From Elusimicrobia bacterium HGW-Elusimicrobia-3 (GTDB lineage: Bacteria > Elusimicrobiota > Elusimicrobia > Elusimicrobiales > UBA9959), in assembly GCA_002840355.1 (NCBI GenBank), contig PHAL01000003.1:7808-71807 (forward strand): a stretch of 64,000 nt of DNA, given 5' to 3'. Below the pieces are notes generated by a model. That model was not told the origin of the DNA and ran no database searches. It was given only the letters and a program-made list of their open reading frames with translations. Shown here piece by piece: positions 19,444-28,977 of the stretch (position 1 is its first letter; each line of letters starts with the position of its first letter). The translations under genes and the position numbers were made by a program.

Positions 19444-20735
19444 AAACCGACACTCTCATTATCGGCGGCGGCCTGGCCGGCCTCTCGGCCGGACTGGCCC
19501 TGGAAGGCAAGCGCCCTTACCTGATAGCCGAACGCGAGTGCCGCCCCGGCGGCCTCGCCGCCACGGTGAAGAAGGGCGGCTTCCATTTCGACTACTCCGG
19601 CCACCTGCTGCACCTGCGCTGGCCCGAGACCACGCGGCTGATACTGGGCGCGCTGAAGGGCAACTGCTCTCGCATAAAGCGAGACGCCAGGATCTACGCC
19701 CACAAGAGCTGGACCCCTTACCCCTTCCAGGCCAACCTCTCCGGCATGCCGGCCAAGGTCAAATCCGAGTGCGTCAGCGGCTTCCTCAAGGCCTACGCCG
19801 CGGGCGGCGGGCCCGGCGACGGCACCGAGCCGTTCAGCCGCTGGACGCGGCGCGTGTTCGGCGAGGGCATCTCCCGGCATTTCATGCTGCCCTACAACGC
19901 CAAGCTCTGGCGCTACCCGCTGCAGCGGCTGACCACCGAGTGGTGCGCGCCTTTCGTGCCCATGCCCAAGCCCGAGGAAGTTATCGCCGGCGCCTACGGC
20001 AAGAAGGCGGAGGGCCTGGGCTACAACACCGTTTTCCATTACCCCAAGACCGGCGGCATAGGCGCTCTGGCTAACGCTTTCGCGGCGGGCCTCGGCGGCC
20101 TGCGGCTGGGCCTCGAGGTGGAAAGCCTGGACCTGAAGAAGGGCGTGGCGCAGGTGCGCCATTTCGGCCCGGTGCATTTCAGGCGGCTGATAAACACCTC
20201 CCCGCTCGACTCTTTCGTGGCGATGGCGCAGGACGCGCCCGTTGCCGTGCGGCGCGCCGCGGCCGCGCTGCGCCACAACACGGTCTACGTGCTCAACCTC
20301 GGCGTGCGGGGCGTCAAGAGCGACCTGCACTGGGGCTATTTCCCCGGCGAGGAATTCCCGTTCTACCGGGCGGGCCTGGCCTCGAATTTCTCGCGCCGCC
20401 TGGCGCCGCGCGGCTGCGCCTCTTTCTATATAGAGCTGGCCACCGCCGGCGAGGCCGTGGACCTGGCCTCGGCCGAGACCGAGATCCTGCGGGGGCTGAA
20501 GGCCTGCGGCCTCATAAAGAGCGCCGGGCAGGTAGTGGAGCGGCTCTGGCTGAAGATTCCCTGCGCCTACGTGGTCTATAACCGCGAGCGCGCCGCCGCC
20601 CTGCCGGTTATCTTCGACTGGCTTAAAGCGCGCCGGGCTCTTTCCATAGGCCGGTACGGGGCCTGGAAATACTCCTTCATGGAAGAGAGCGTGAAAGAAG
20701 GCCTGGCAGCCGCGGCGGCCGTCCTGAAGCGCTAG
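19437..20735 (+). CDS. FAD/NAD(P)-dependent oxidoreductase (amine-oxidase / UDP-galactopyranose-mutase-like fold)
   Basis: 'LIIGGGLAGLSAGL' dinucleotide motif and 'GGLAAT...GFHFDYSGHLLH'. Overlaps the upstream gene by 7 nt. Confidence 0.75.
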   Translation: MLKTDTLIIGGGLAGLSAGLALEGKRPYLIAERECRPGGLAATVKKGGFHFDYSGHLLHLRWPETTRLILGALKGNCSRIKRDARIYAHKSWTPYPFQANLSGMPAKVKSECVSGFLKAYAAGGGPGDGTEPFSRWTRRVFGEGISRHFMLPYNAKLWRYPLQRLTTEWCAPFVPMPKPEEVIAGAYGKKAEGLGYNTVFHYPKTGGIGALANAFAAGLGGLRLGLEVESLDLKKGVAQVRHFGPVHFRRLINTSPLDSFVAMAQDAPVAVRRAAAALRHNTVYVLNLGVRGVKSDLHWGYFPGEEFPFYRAGLASNFSRRLAPRGCASFYIELATAGEAVDLASAETEILRGLKACGLIKSAGQVVERLWLKIPCAYVVYNRERAAALPVIFDWLKARRALSIGRYGAWKYSFMEESVKEGLAAAAAVLKR

Positions 20736-20755
20736 CCGCCGGCCGCAGCGCTCCC

Positions 20756-21628
20756 ATGTCAAAGACTCCCTCCTTTATCACCTACCGCCCCCTGGCCGGC
20801 AGGGAACTGCGCTGGCTGGCCGCGCTGGCCGGGGTCATGCTGCTGGCCACGGCGGCCTACCTGTTGTGGCTGCCCGACGTCAGCGCGCTGAAGCGGCGCA
20901 ATCCGACGGAAACCTCTTACATGCGAATAAAGGAACGGCAAGCCGGCCGGCTGGGCAAGCGCCTGCCGCGCCGCCTGGTATGGACGCCCTGGAGCGGGAT
21001 CTCGGAGCACTTGAAACACGCCGTGCTGGTAGCCGAGGACGGCGGGTTCTACCGGCACAACGGCGTGGACTGGGAGAGCACGCGGCGAGCCGCGGAACTG
21101 GTCTGGGAGAAGAAGCGCTTTGTAAGGGGCGGCAGCACCATCACCCAGCAGGTGGCCAGGAATCTCTATCTCTCCCCCTCCAAGAACCCGCTGCGCAAGC
21201 TCAAGGAGATACTGATAGCCCGTCGGCTGGAGAAGGTGCTGGGCAAGCGCCGCATCTTCGAGATCTACCTGAACATAGCGGAATGGGGCAAGGGCGTCTG
21301 GGGCGCCGGCGCCGCCGCGCAGGTGTATTTCGGGCATAGCGCCGCCGACCTGACCCCGGAGGAAGCCGCCGCGCTAGCGGCCGCGCTGCCCAGCCCGCGC
21401 CGGTACAATCCCACCGGAGGCACGCGCTTCATGGAGCGCCGCAAGAGCCAGATCGTGGCGCGCATGCGCGCCTCCGGCTACCTGCCGGAGGAAGTTGACG
21501 ACGCCTTTATAGAAGAATCTTTCGAAGTGATAACCTCTACCGAGATACCGGTCAGCACGCCGGAAGAGGTCATCCGCTCCACCCAGACCGAAGCCGGCGA
21601 GCCGCCGGCCGAAGAACAGCCCGATTAA
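20756..21628 (+). CDS. mtgA: Monofunctional peptidoglycan glycosyltransferase (GT51)
   Basis: GT51 motifs 'AEDGGFYRHNGVD', 'GGSTITQQVARNL' and 'RRLEKVLGKRRIFEIYLNIAEWG'. No transpeptidase domain; acidic C-terminal tail. Confidence 0.9.
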   Translation: MSKTPSFITYRPLAGRELRWLAALAGVMLLATAAYLLWLPDVSALKRRNPTETSYMRIKERQAGRLGKRLPRRLVWTPWSGISEHLKHAVLVAEDGGFYRHNGVDWESTRRAAELVWEKKRFVRGGSTITQQVARNLYLSPSKNPLRKLKEILIARRLEKVLGKRRIFEIYLNIAEWGKGVWGAGAAAQVYFGHSAADLTPEEAAALAAALPSPRRYNPTGGTRFMERRKSQIVARMRASGYLPEEVDDAFIEESFEVITSTEIPVSTPEEVIRSTQTEAGEPPAEEQPD

Positions 21629-22509
21629 AACTTAACGCCCGCACGGCGCATGGCAGCGGCCAGGCCGGCGCGGCGGTCCGCGGAAAGCGGCAGCAGCGGC
21701 AGGCGCGGCTCGGGGCGGCACAGCCCCAGCAGCGAGACCGCGTATTTCACCGGGATCGGGTTGGTCTCGCAGAAGAGGGTTTTGACCAGAGGGAAAAGGC
21801 GGCGGTGGGCCGCGGCGGCGCCGGCGAGATCTCCGGCCTGGAACAGCGCGCACATGCGCGAGGCGGCGGCCGGAGCGATATTGGAGACCACGGAGATCAC
21901 CCCGCGCGCGCCCACCGACATCATCGGCAGCGTCAGCGAATCGTCCCCGCTCATCACGGCGAAATCTTCTTCGGCCCCGGCGATGAGCTCGCTGACCTGG
22001 TCCAGGCTGCCGGACGCTTCCTTTATGCCGACGATGTTGCGGAACTTCGCGCGCAGGCCGAGCGCGGTGGCCGGCAGCATGTTCACGCCGGTGCGGCCTG
22101 GGATATTGTACAGCACGATGGGCAGCCTGGTGGCTTTAGCCAGCGCCGAAAAATGCGCCGTCATGCCCTCCTGGGTGGGCTTGTTGTAGTAGGGGACTAT
22201 GGCCAGCAGGGCGTCCACGCCCAGCGCCGAAACCTTCTTTACCATCTCGACCGATCTGGCGGTGGAATTGGTGCCTACCCCGGGCATGACCGGGACCCGG
22301 CCCTTAACCTCGGCGACCACCGTCTTTATTACCAGCGCGTATTCTTCGGGCGACAGCGTGGCCGCCTCGCCGGTGGAGCCGCAGGGCACCAGACCGCTGA
22401 CGCCTCCCGCCAGCTGGAACCTGACGATCTTTTTGAGCGCCGGCAGGTCCACTTTTCCGGATCTGAACGGGGTGACGATAGCGGTAAAACAGCCGTTGAG
22501 TTTCAGCAT
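21625..22509 (-). CDS. dapA: 4-hydroxy-tetrahydrodipicolinate synthase
   Basis: 294 aa with 'TAIVTPF', 'VPCGSTGEA' and 'YNIPGRTG', typical of DapA. Confidence 0.92.
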   Translation of the reverse strand: MLKLNGCFTAIVTPFRSGKVDLPALKKIVRFQLAGGVSGLVPCGSTGEAATLSPEEYALVIKTVVAEVKGRVPVMPGVGTNSTARSVEMVKKVSALGVDALLAIVPYYNKPTQEGMTAHFSALAKATRLPIVLYNIPGRTGVNMLPATALGLRAKFRNIVGIKEASGSLDQVSELIAGAEEDFAVMSGDDSLTLPMMSVGARGVISVVSNIAPAAASRMCALFQAGDLAGAAAAHRRLFPLVKTLFCETNPIPVKYAVSLLGLCRPEPRLPLLPLSADRRAGLAAAMRRAGVKF

Positions 22510-23306
22510 TCTATTTCTCCCTTGAAGACTATGCGGGCCGGGCCCTGTATCCGTATATCCGCCGCTCCTTCCCCTGCGGGCTTGAGCCAGACGGTAAAAT
22601 CTTCGCCGCTGCGGGACCTGAGCCGCACCGGCGGCCGTACGGCGCCGGCCAGGGCCAGCGCCACTGCCGCGGCCGTGAGGCCGGTGCCGCAGGCCAGGGT
22701 CTCAGCCTCCACGCCGCGCTCGAAAGTGCGCACATGCACGCGGCCGTCCCGCAAGCCGACAAAATTCACGTTGGCGCCGGCGCGGCCAAAAGCCGGGTTA
22801 TGGCGCAAGGCGCGCCCCAGGCCGTCCACGTCCAGCGCGTCGAGGCCGGGCACGGGCACTACGGCGTGCGGCACGCCGGTGTTCAGGAAATGCACGGTCT
22901 TTATGCCGCGCGGAAATTTGCCCCGGAAGTTCAGCGAGGCGCGTGTCACGTCGGGCATGCCCATGCGCACGGACCCGGCCGCGGTGATCTCGGCCGGCAG
23001 GTCCCCGGCCGCGGTGCGCAGCAGGAAGCGCCGGCCGGCCAGGCCGGCGCGGTGGGCCCACCAGGCCGCGCAGCGCGAGCCGTTGCCGCAGAAAGCTTCG
23101 GAGCCGTCGGAATTGAAATACCTCACGCTTACGGCCCCGCGGCCGGCCTTGTTGACGTAAAGCAGCCCGTCCGCCCCTATGGCGGTCTTGGCCGCGCAGA
23201 GCCGCGCCGCGAGGCGTTCCAGCGCGGCGGTCTTAAGCCTGCCGCCGGTGAGGAGCACGAAATCATTGCCCGCGCCGGACATTTTCCAGAATTTTATTTT
23301 TTGCAT
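22503..23306 (-). CDS. dapF: Diaminopimelate epimerase
   Basis: 'MSGAGNDFVLL', and the two catalytic Cys regions 'AFCGNGSRC' and 'LACGTG'. Confidence 0.92.
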   Translation of the reverse strand: MQKIKFWKMSGAGNDFVLLTGGRLKTAALERLAARLCAAKTAIGADGLLYVNKAGRGAVSVRYFNSDGSEAFCGNGSRCAAWWAHRAGLAGRRFLLRTAAGDLPAEITAAGSVRMGMPDVTRASLNFRGKFPRGIKTVHFLNTGVPHAVVPVPGLDALDVDGLGRALRHNPAFGRAGANVNFVGLRDGRVHVRTFERGVEAETLACGTGLTAAAVALALAGAVRPPVRLRSRSGEDFTVWLKPAGEGAADIRIQGPARIVFKGEIEC

Positions 23307-24271
23307 GTGTCCTCCGCGGCGGCCGGGGCCAGCCTCAGAAAAGCCTCGGCCACCCGGGCGGTGAAGGGTCCTCCGGAGCGGGCCCGCAGGAAATAAGCTT
23401 CGGCCTCGCCTTTCCTGCCCAGAGAATAGAGCGCCATGCCCTTTACGGCCGCGGCCAGCGCGTCGCCGGGATCGGCGGCCAGTTCGGCGTCAGCCGACTG
23501 CGCGGCGCGCAGGGGCAGGCCGCCCATCAGCTGGTAAAGCGCGCGCTGCAGGCGCAGCTCCCTGGAGGGCTCCAGGCTTATGGCAGATTCCATCAGCGTG
23601 ATCGCGGTATTGTATTTCCCCTGCCCGGCCATGGCGCTGGCCTCCAGCGCGGGCCAGACGGCCGACTTCGGAGCGGCCTCCTCGCCTTTGGCGGCGATGA
23701 AGAGCGCCTCGCCCCAGTCGCCCTTGCGCAGCATGCTCCGCGCGTACTCCTCCAGAGCGGCCGCGTCGCGAAAGTCCTGCAGGATGACGGCCTTGGAATA
23801 GAACTCTTTGGCGCGGCCCAGGAAGCCCAGGGCGGTATAGGCCCTGGCCAGGCCCAGGTTGGCCTCGGGGTCGTCGGGGTAGATCGAGAGGGACTTCAGG
23901 AACAGCGGCGCCGCCAGCTGGTAGAAGCCGGCCCGGTTATAGATGCGGGCCAGCCGGTAGGAGAACAGCACATTTTCCGGATGCAGGCCCAGCGCCAGCT
24001 TGTAGAGACTTATAGCTTTGTCCACCGAACCCAGCGCCTCGTAGCAGCGGCCCATGTAGCCGTAGGCCTCCTCGCGCATGCGCTCGGGCGGTTTTTCCGC
24101 CATGAATTTTTCAGAAGCCCCCAGCACGGCGCCGCAGCTGCCGGCCCCGTAGGCGGCTCGCATGCCGGCCAGCAGCTCCCCTGCCCGTTCGTCCGAAGTG
24201 CCGCCGAAGAGGAAAGCCCGCGCCGGGGAGGCCAGGCAAAGCAGGGCGCAGAGTCCCGCGGCCCGTCTCAT
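23294..24271 (-). CDS. Secreted TPR-repeat protein
   Basis: Signal peptide 'LCALLCLASPARA' followed by repeated TPR-like 34-aa helical units. ATGA overlap with the patatin gene. Confidence 0.75.
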   Translation of the reverse strand: MRRAAGLCALLCLASPARAFLFGGTSDERAGELLAGMRAAYGAGSCGAVLGASEKFMAEKPPERMREEAYGYMGRCYEALGSVDKAISLYKLALGLHPENVLFSYRLARIYNRAGFYQLAAPLFLKSLSIYPDDPEANLGLARAYTALGFLGRAKEFYSKAVILQDFRDAAALEEYARSMLRKGDWGEALFIAAKGEEAAPKSAVWPALEASAMAGQGKYNTAITLMESAISLEPSRELRLQRALYQLMGGLPLRAAQSADAELAADPGDALAAAVKGMALYSLGRKGEAEAYFLRARSGGPFTARVAEAFLRLAPAAAEDTCKK

Positions 24272-25212
24272 AATTTTTCCACCAGCCTGGGCGCGGCGTA
24301 GATCAGCAGCGCCTCCCGGGCCTCGTCGGCGCGGCGCCAGGCCTCCGCCAGGCCGCTCTCTCCGGCCTCGGTGCAGCGGTCAAAATCGGCCACCGTGATG
24401 TCCCCCACCTGCGTGCGCACCACGAAATCCGCGTTGCGCTCGGATTCGCGCGAAAGCAGCGAGCCGCGGATATCGATGACCTGCAGCAGCGTCATCAGCA
24501 CGGTATCCGGGTTCTTGTTGACCGTGTTCTCCATCACGCTGGCCAGCACCCATTCGGCGCCGAGCGCCCGGGCGGAGCCGACCGGGACATTGTCCACCAC
24601 GCCGCCGTCCACCAGGTAGCGCTGGCGGTACTGGATCGGCGCGAAAATGCCGGGGATGTTCACGCTGGCGCGCACCGCTATCCCTACAGGCCCGTCGGTG
24701 AATACGACTTTCTCCCCGGTGCGGATGTCCATGGCCGTGCAGGCCAGCGGCTTTTTAAGGGTCTCGAAAGTAGCCCCGCCCAGCCGGCCCTCTATGAAAC
24801 GGGTGATATAGGTGGGAGAGATGAGTTTGCCGGCGAAGATCAGCGGCAGCACGCGTATGCCCTTGAAATCCCTGCCCACCTTGTGGGTCTCCGCGTCGCG
24901 GCCGAAAGCCCAGATCTCCTCCAGCGGCTGACCCGAGGCGTACATGGCCCCTATCAGCGCCCCCATCGAGGTGCCGGCCACGTAGTCCACGGGGAACCCG
25001 GAGTACTGCAGCGCTTCCAGCACGCCGGTATGCGCGAAGCCGCGCGCGCCGCCGCCGGAAAGGGCTAGGCCGACGGAGGGCCGCGCCGGCGGCTTGGAGT
25101 TCACGATCCGTGTCCACATCGCGTCGCGCAGCAGCGCGTCGTCGGCGGACTGCGCGAGGGCGGCGCCCGGCAGCAGCAGGGCGACGGCGGTCAGCAGTAT
25201 TAATTTGCGCAT
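24268..25212 (-). CDS. Patatin-like phospholipase, secreted
   Basis: Signal peptide; 'GGGARG' oxyanion motif, 'GTSMG' serine lipase motif, 'DGG' aspartate motif. Confidence 0.88.
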   Translation of the reverse strand: MRKLILLTAVALLLPGAALAQSADDALLRDAMWTRIVNSKPPARPSVGLALSGGGARGFAHTGVLEALQYSGFPVDYVAGTSMGALIGAMYASGQPLEEIWAFGRDAETHKVGRDFKGIRVLPLIFAGKLISPTYITRFIEGRLGGATFETLKKPLACTAMDIRTGEKVVFTDGPVGIAVRASVNIPGIFAPIQYRQRYLVDGGVVDNVPVGSARALGAEWVLASVMENTVNKNPDTVLMTLLQVIDIRGSLLSRESERNADFVVRTQVGDITVADFDRCTEAGESGLAEAWRRADEAREALLIYAAPRLVEKL

Positions 25213-25231
25213 GGGCGGCGTTATCCTGGTC

Positions 25232-26515
25232 CTATCTGGCGAAATCCCGGCCCTGGGCCCACTCCAGCCTGCTGCGGGCCACCAGCTGATTATAAACTGC
25301 CTCGAGGTGCTTCGCCTCCAGCGAGCAGAGCGCGCACAGTGCGCGCAGCGCGGGCATGGAGGGCCGCCCGCCGCGCGAGGCGGCGTCGTAGGCTTCCCGC
25401 GTCCTTTCGCTCTCGGCTCGCAGCTTCTCGGCCTCGATCTGCCAGAAGACGGCCTCCTTGTGCGCCAAAACGATCTCGAAGCGCACCCGGTCCTGCAGCT
25501 CGGAGCGCTTCAGTTCGCCCTGGCGGCGCTGCGCCTTGCGCTGCTGCACCTGGGTCCAGATGTCATAGGAGAGAGGAAAATGCACTGAAACCGAGGCCAG
25601 CCAGTTGCGCGAGCGCTCCTCTTCCTCGGCGAGCGATGAGAAGCGGTAGGCGCTCACGTCGTAGCTGGCGCCCAGGTAAATGGTGGGGTAGCGGCGCACC
25701 AGGGCCATTTTGACGGCTATATCCTCCATCTGGGCCTTGTAGAGCTCGCTCTTGAGCTCGGAGCGCGTCTCCATGGCCGTAACCAGGCTGGAGGCGGCCG
25801 CGCTCTCCACGGGCAGCGCCGAGAACTCCCCCACTATCTCGGTCCTGTAGCCCGGCTCCTTGTTGAGCACGCGCAGCAGTTCGGTAAGGGCGGCTTCCTC
25901 GCCGCGGCCTGCCAGGCGCGAGCGGTCCCCGATGCCGGACAGCAGCAGGTCGGCCTCCAGCGCCTCGAAGGCGTCCTTGCGGACGGCTGCGGCCAGGTCG
26001 CGGGCGCGGCCGGCCCAGTAGGAGAAGGAGGCGTTGAGGCTGCGCTGGTAGAGCAGGGCGTAGAAGGCTTTTTTCGCGGCGAGGGCGGCGTCGGCCCTGA
26101 CCGTCTCGAAATTGACCTTGGCCTGGTTATGGGCCGTCTTGGCCAGTTTCAGCGTGTTGGTGTTCCTGCCGCCGGTGTAGAGCGGCTGCAGGGCCTGCGC
26201 CCGCAGGGAGTAGAAAGAGTCGCTGGAGGAGGGATAGATGAATCTGTCGCCGAGGTCGCCGCCCAGCACGGCAGGGTACTCCAGGTTGGCCCGGTTGAGG
26301 CTGGCCGAGAGGGCGAACTGCGGCAGGGCCATGAAGCGCGCCTCGTGTACGCGCTGCCGCGCTATGATGATGTCCTGTTCGGCGGCCAGGGCGGCGGGGC
26401 TGTTCTTCACTGCCAGCGCGATGGCGTCGTGCAGCGTCAGCACATCTTTTCCGTTCTGCGCCAGCGCCGGAGCCGCCAGGGCGGCCAGCGCCAGCGCTGC
26501 CGCTAGCAGCTTCAT
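25232..26515 (-). CDS. TolC-family outer membrane efflux protein
   Basis: 427 aa with a signal peptide and two tandem OEP-like helical/beta repeats. Confidence 0.8.
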   Translation of the reverse strand: MKLLAAALALAALAAPALAQNGKDVLTLHDAIALAVKNSPAALAAEQDIIIARQRVHEARFMALPQFALSASLNRANLEYPAVLGGDLGDRFIYPSSSDSFYSLRAQALQPLYTGGRNTNTLKLAKTAHNQAKVNFETVRADAALAAKKAFYALLYQRSLNASFSYWAGRARDLAAAVRKDAFEALEADLLLSGIGDRSRLAGRGEEAALTELLRVLNKEPGYRTEIVGEFSALPVESAAASSLVTAMETRSELKSELYKAQMEDIAVKMALVRRYPTIYLGASYDVSAYRFSSLAEEEERSRNWLASVSVHFPLSYDIWTQVQQRKAQRRQGELKRSELQDRVRFEIVLAHKEAVFWQIEAEKLRAESERTREAYDAASRGGRPSMPALRALCALCSLEAKHLEAVYNQLVARSRLEWAQGRDFAR

Positions 26516-27054
26516 ATCTTGAACTTGGGCATTATCTCCACGACGCGGCGGGAAAGGGCCTCGGACTGCTCCTTCATGCCGGCCTCGGCGGCCGCCAGGC
26601 GGAACTTCTCGTATTCCTTCACCACCTCGTCGACGGCCCCGGCCATGTTGTTGAACTGGTCCTGCAGGTCGGTCAGCTGGTCGCCCTGCCGCAGGTAGAC
26701 GCGGTGGGCCAGGTCGCCCTCGGCCACGGTCGCGCAGCTCTTCTCGAACTTGAAGATCGGGCCGGCCATCCGGTGCGAGATCACGGCCGAGACGATGAGC
26801 ACCATGACCATGTACATCGCTATCTTCAGGCCGAACAGCGGCACCATAGAAGACATTTCGTCGAGCAGCGGCTGCATCATCGGGTGCTCGGTGACCACCT
26901 TGGAGACGGTCCAGATGATGTCCAGGCCGACTATGATGAAGGCCAGCAGCACGCTGAGGAACAGCAGCGCCATGTAGCGGTACTGCAGGTGCTTCTTGAT
27001 AAGGATCGTCTTGCGCTGGAACTGCGCCGGTTTAGCTTGAGCGTTGTCTGTCAT
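26512..27054 (-). CDS. Membrane protein with HAMP domain only
   Basis: Two TM helices, then the HAMP pattern 'ISHRMAGPIFKFEKSCATVAEGDLAHRV...LTDLQDQFNNMAGAV'. No kinase or MCP domain. ATGA overlap with the TolC-like gene. Confidence 0.7.
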   Translation of the reverse strand: MTDNAQAKPAQFQRKTILIKKHLQYRYMALLFLSVLLAFIIVGLDIIWTVSKVVTEHPMMQPLLDEMSSMVPLFGLKIAMYMVMVLIVSAVISHRMAGPIFKFEKSCATVAEGDLAHRVYLRQGDQLTDLQDQFNNMAGAVDEVVKEYEKFRLAAAEAGMKEQSEALSRRVVEIMPKFKI

Positions 27055-27144
27055 AGAACCCCTTTAATTGGCTAGAGTTTCGGGAGCGGGAGAATCGAGC
27101 AAACACGCTTTCTCGAAACTCCCGGCCCCCGGCCCAGAAACTCG

Positions 27145-28185
27145 CTAGAACATTACTTCCATCACGTCGAACCATTCCTGATTGACGACTTTCAGCTGGC
27201 CGGTGGCCTTCTCTAGCGGCACGCCGACGTACTGGTTGTTGACGAGCGCGGCCATCGTGCCGAACTGGCCGGTATGCACCAGCTCCGCGGCCTTCATGCC
27301 CACGCGGGTGCCCAGCATGCGGTCGAACAGCGTTGGCGCGCCGCCGCGCTGCATGTGGCCTATCACGGCGTGGCGCGTCTCAATGCCGGTCTCTTTCTCT
27401 ATGAAGCCGGCTATGCGCTCGCCCATGCCGCGGTCCTTCAGGATCGCGTGGCCGAACTGGTCCACCTCGCGCTTGGACTGGCCCTCGCCCACCTCGGGCA
27501 GCTCGGCGGCCTCGCTGGTGACCACCAGCGCGTAGCGCTTGCGGGCGTAGGATTCCTTGATCTTCTTGAGCATCTCGGCGGTGTCGATCTGGCGCTCGGG
27601 GATGCAGACGAAGTCCGCCGCGGCGGCCATGCCGGTATAGAGCGCCACCCAGCCGGCGTGGCGGCCCATCACCTCGAGCACCATCACGCGGTGGTGGCTG
27701 TTGCCGGTGTCGAGCAGCGCCTGCGCGGCGTCTATCGCGCGCGTCACGGAAGTGTCGAAGCCGAAGGTGTAGTCGGTCACGTTCAGGTCGTTGTCCATCG
27801 TCTTGGGCACGCCGACGACGTTGAGCTTGTGGTCGCGGTAGAGCTTGGTCGCCACGCCCAGCGTGTCGTCGCCGCCCATCGCCACCAGGGCGTGCAGGCC
27901 GAGCTTATTAAAGGTCTCCAGGCACCGCTTCACGTTGGAGCCGTCGTCCTGCTTGAAAGGGTTCGTGCGGGAGGTGCCGAGCATCGTGCCGCCCTTGCCG
28001 ATGATGTACTCGGTGATCTCGCGGTTAAGCGGGGTGGTGGTGCCTTCGAGCAGGCCCTTCCAGCCGTCGGTGATGCCGACGCATTCGTAGCCGTAGCTCT
28101 CGGCCGCGTAGACGCAGCCGCGTATCGCGGGGTTGAGCCCGGGGCAGTCTCCGCCGCCGGTCAGGATGCCTATTTTCTTTTTCAT
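27145..28185 (-). CDS. pfk: 6-phosphofructokinase with PPi-dependent-type signature residues
   Basis: ATG 28185 ('MKKKIGILTGGGDCPGLN') has AAGGAGAA upstream. 'GGDDT' and 'PKTMDND' are present. The ORF-track start at 28464 is a spurious N-terminal extension. Confidence 0.9.
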   Translation of the reverse strand: MKKKIGILTGGGDCPGLNPAIRGCVYAAESYGYECVGITDGWKGLLEGTTTPLNREITEYIIGKGGTMLGTSRTNPFKQDDGSNVKRCLETFNKLGLHALVAMGGDDTLGVATKLYRDHKLNVVGVPKTMDNDLNVTDYTFGFDTSVTRAIDAAQALLDTGNSHHRVMVLEVMGRHAGWVALYTGMAAAADFVCIPERQIDTAEMLKKIKESYARKRYALVVTSEAAELPEVGEGQSKREVDQFGHAILKDRGMGERIAGFIEKETGIETRHAVIGHMQRGGAPTLFDRMLGTRVGMKAAELVHTGQFGTMAALVNNQYVGVPLEKATGQLKVVNQEWFDVMEVMF

Positions 28186-28207
28186 GTCGTTCTCCTTTGA
28201 GTGGGTG

Positions 28208-28945
28208 CTAGAAGCTGGTGTTGTAGCGCATCTGCACGATGCGCTCGGTCCTGCGGTCGGCCCCGTTGCTGAACTCGCCGCTGCGGCCCAGGCCGCGCAC
28301 GGCCAGGTCCAGCTGGAAGTAGGGGGTGATATAAAGGCGCGTGCCCAGGTTGAGGCGCGACGGGTCGTCGGAGTGGAACAGGTTGTCGTACTCGGCCATG
28401 AAGGCCACCTTCTCCTCGAGCGTATAATTGAGGCCCAGGAAGCCGAAAAGGTAATTGTTGTCAAAGTCGGGCACGTTGAAGCCGCCGTGCAGCGCCAGGC
28501 CCGGCACGCCGATCTCCTTGGAACCGGTGACGTAGAGGCCGCGGCCCTTCTCCATGTATTTCTTGGCGTTAGAGTCGTAGTAGTAACCCTGCCCGTCGTA
28601 GCCCAGCGCCAGCGCCGGTATGTAGTAGCCGCCGTCGTAGAAGCGGAAGCGCACCTGGATCTCGGGGCGGCGCATCTTGATAGGGGAATCGGAGCCCACC
28701 AGGCGGTCCACCGTCATCGAGGCGCCCAGGTTCAGGCGCTCGAGCACGCCGAAGTTCAGCGCGCCCAGCACGCCGCCGGAGGAGTAGAAGCGCGTCTTGA
28801 ACATGAAGCCGTAATAGTCCAGGATGCCGGCCGTGGGCACGTCTATCATCTCGACATCAGGGAGTACCGGGGCGTCGCCTTTGTCGAGGGCCCAGGCGGG
28901 CGCGCAGGCGAGCAGCAGAATCAGGGCAGCGTTTAATTTTTTCAT
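28208..28945 (-). CDS. Hypothetical outer-membrane beta-barrel protein
   Basis: Signal peptide 'LLLACAPAWA', alternating hydrophobic beta-strand pattern rich in Tyr/Gly, C-terminal '...RYNTSF' aromatic beta-signal. Confidence 0.65.
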   Translation of the reverse strand: MKKLNAALILLLACAPAWALDKGDAPVLPDVEMIDVPTAGILDYYGFMFKTRFYSSGGVLGALNFGVLERLNLGASMTVDRLVGSDSPIKMRRPEIQVRFRFYDGGYYIPALALGYDGQGYYYDSNAKKYMEKGRGLYVTGSKEIGVPGLALHGGFNVPDFDNNYLFGFLGLNYTLEEKVAFMAEYDNLFHSDDPSRLNLGTRLYITPYFQLDLAVRGLGRSGEFSNGADRRTERIVQMRYNTSF

Positions 28946-28977
28946 CTTACCTTCCTTGTGTTTAGTTTAGGAGCAGG

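Noticed and set aside
28186-28464. 93-codon N-terminal extension of the PFK ORF, overlapping the upstream OMP gene
   Set aside because: The extension is Ser/Thr/Trp/Ala-rich nonsense. A canonical start 'MKKKIGILTGGGDCPGLN' with a strong SD occurs at 28185.
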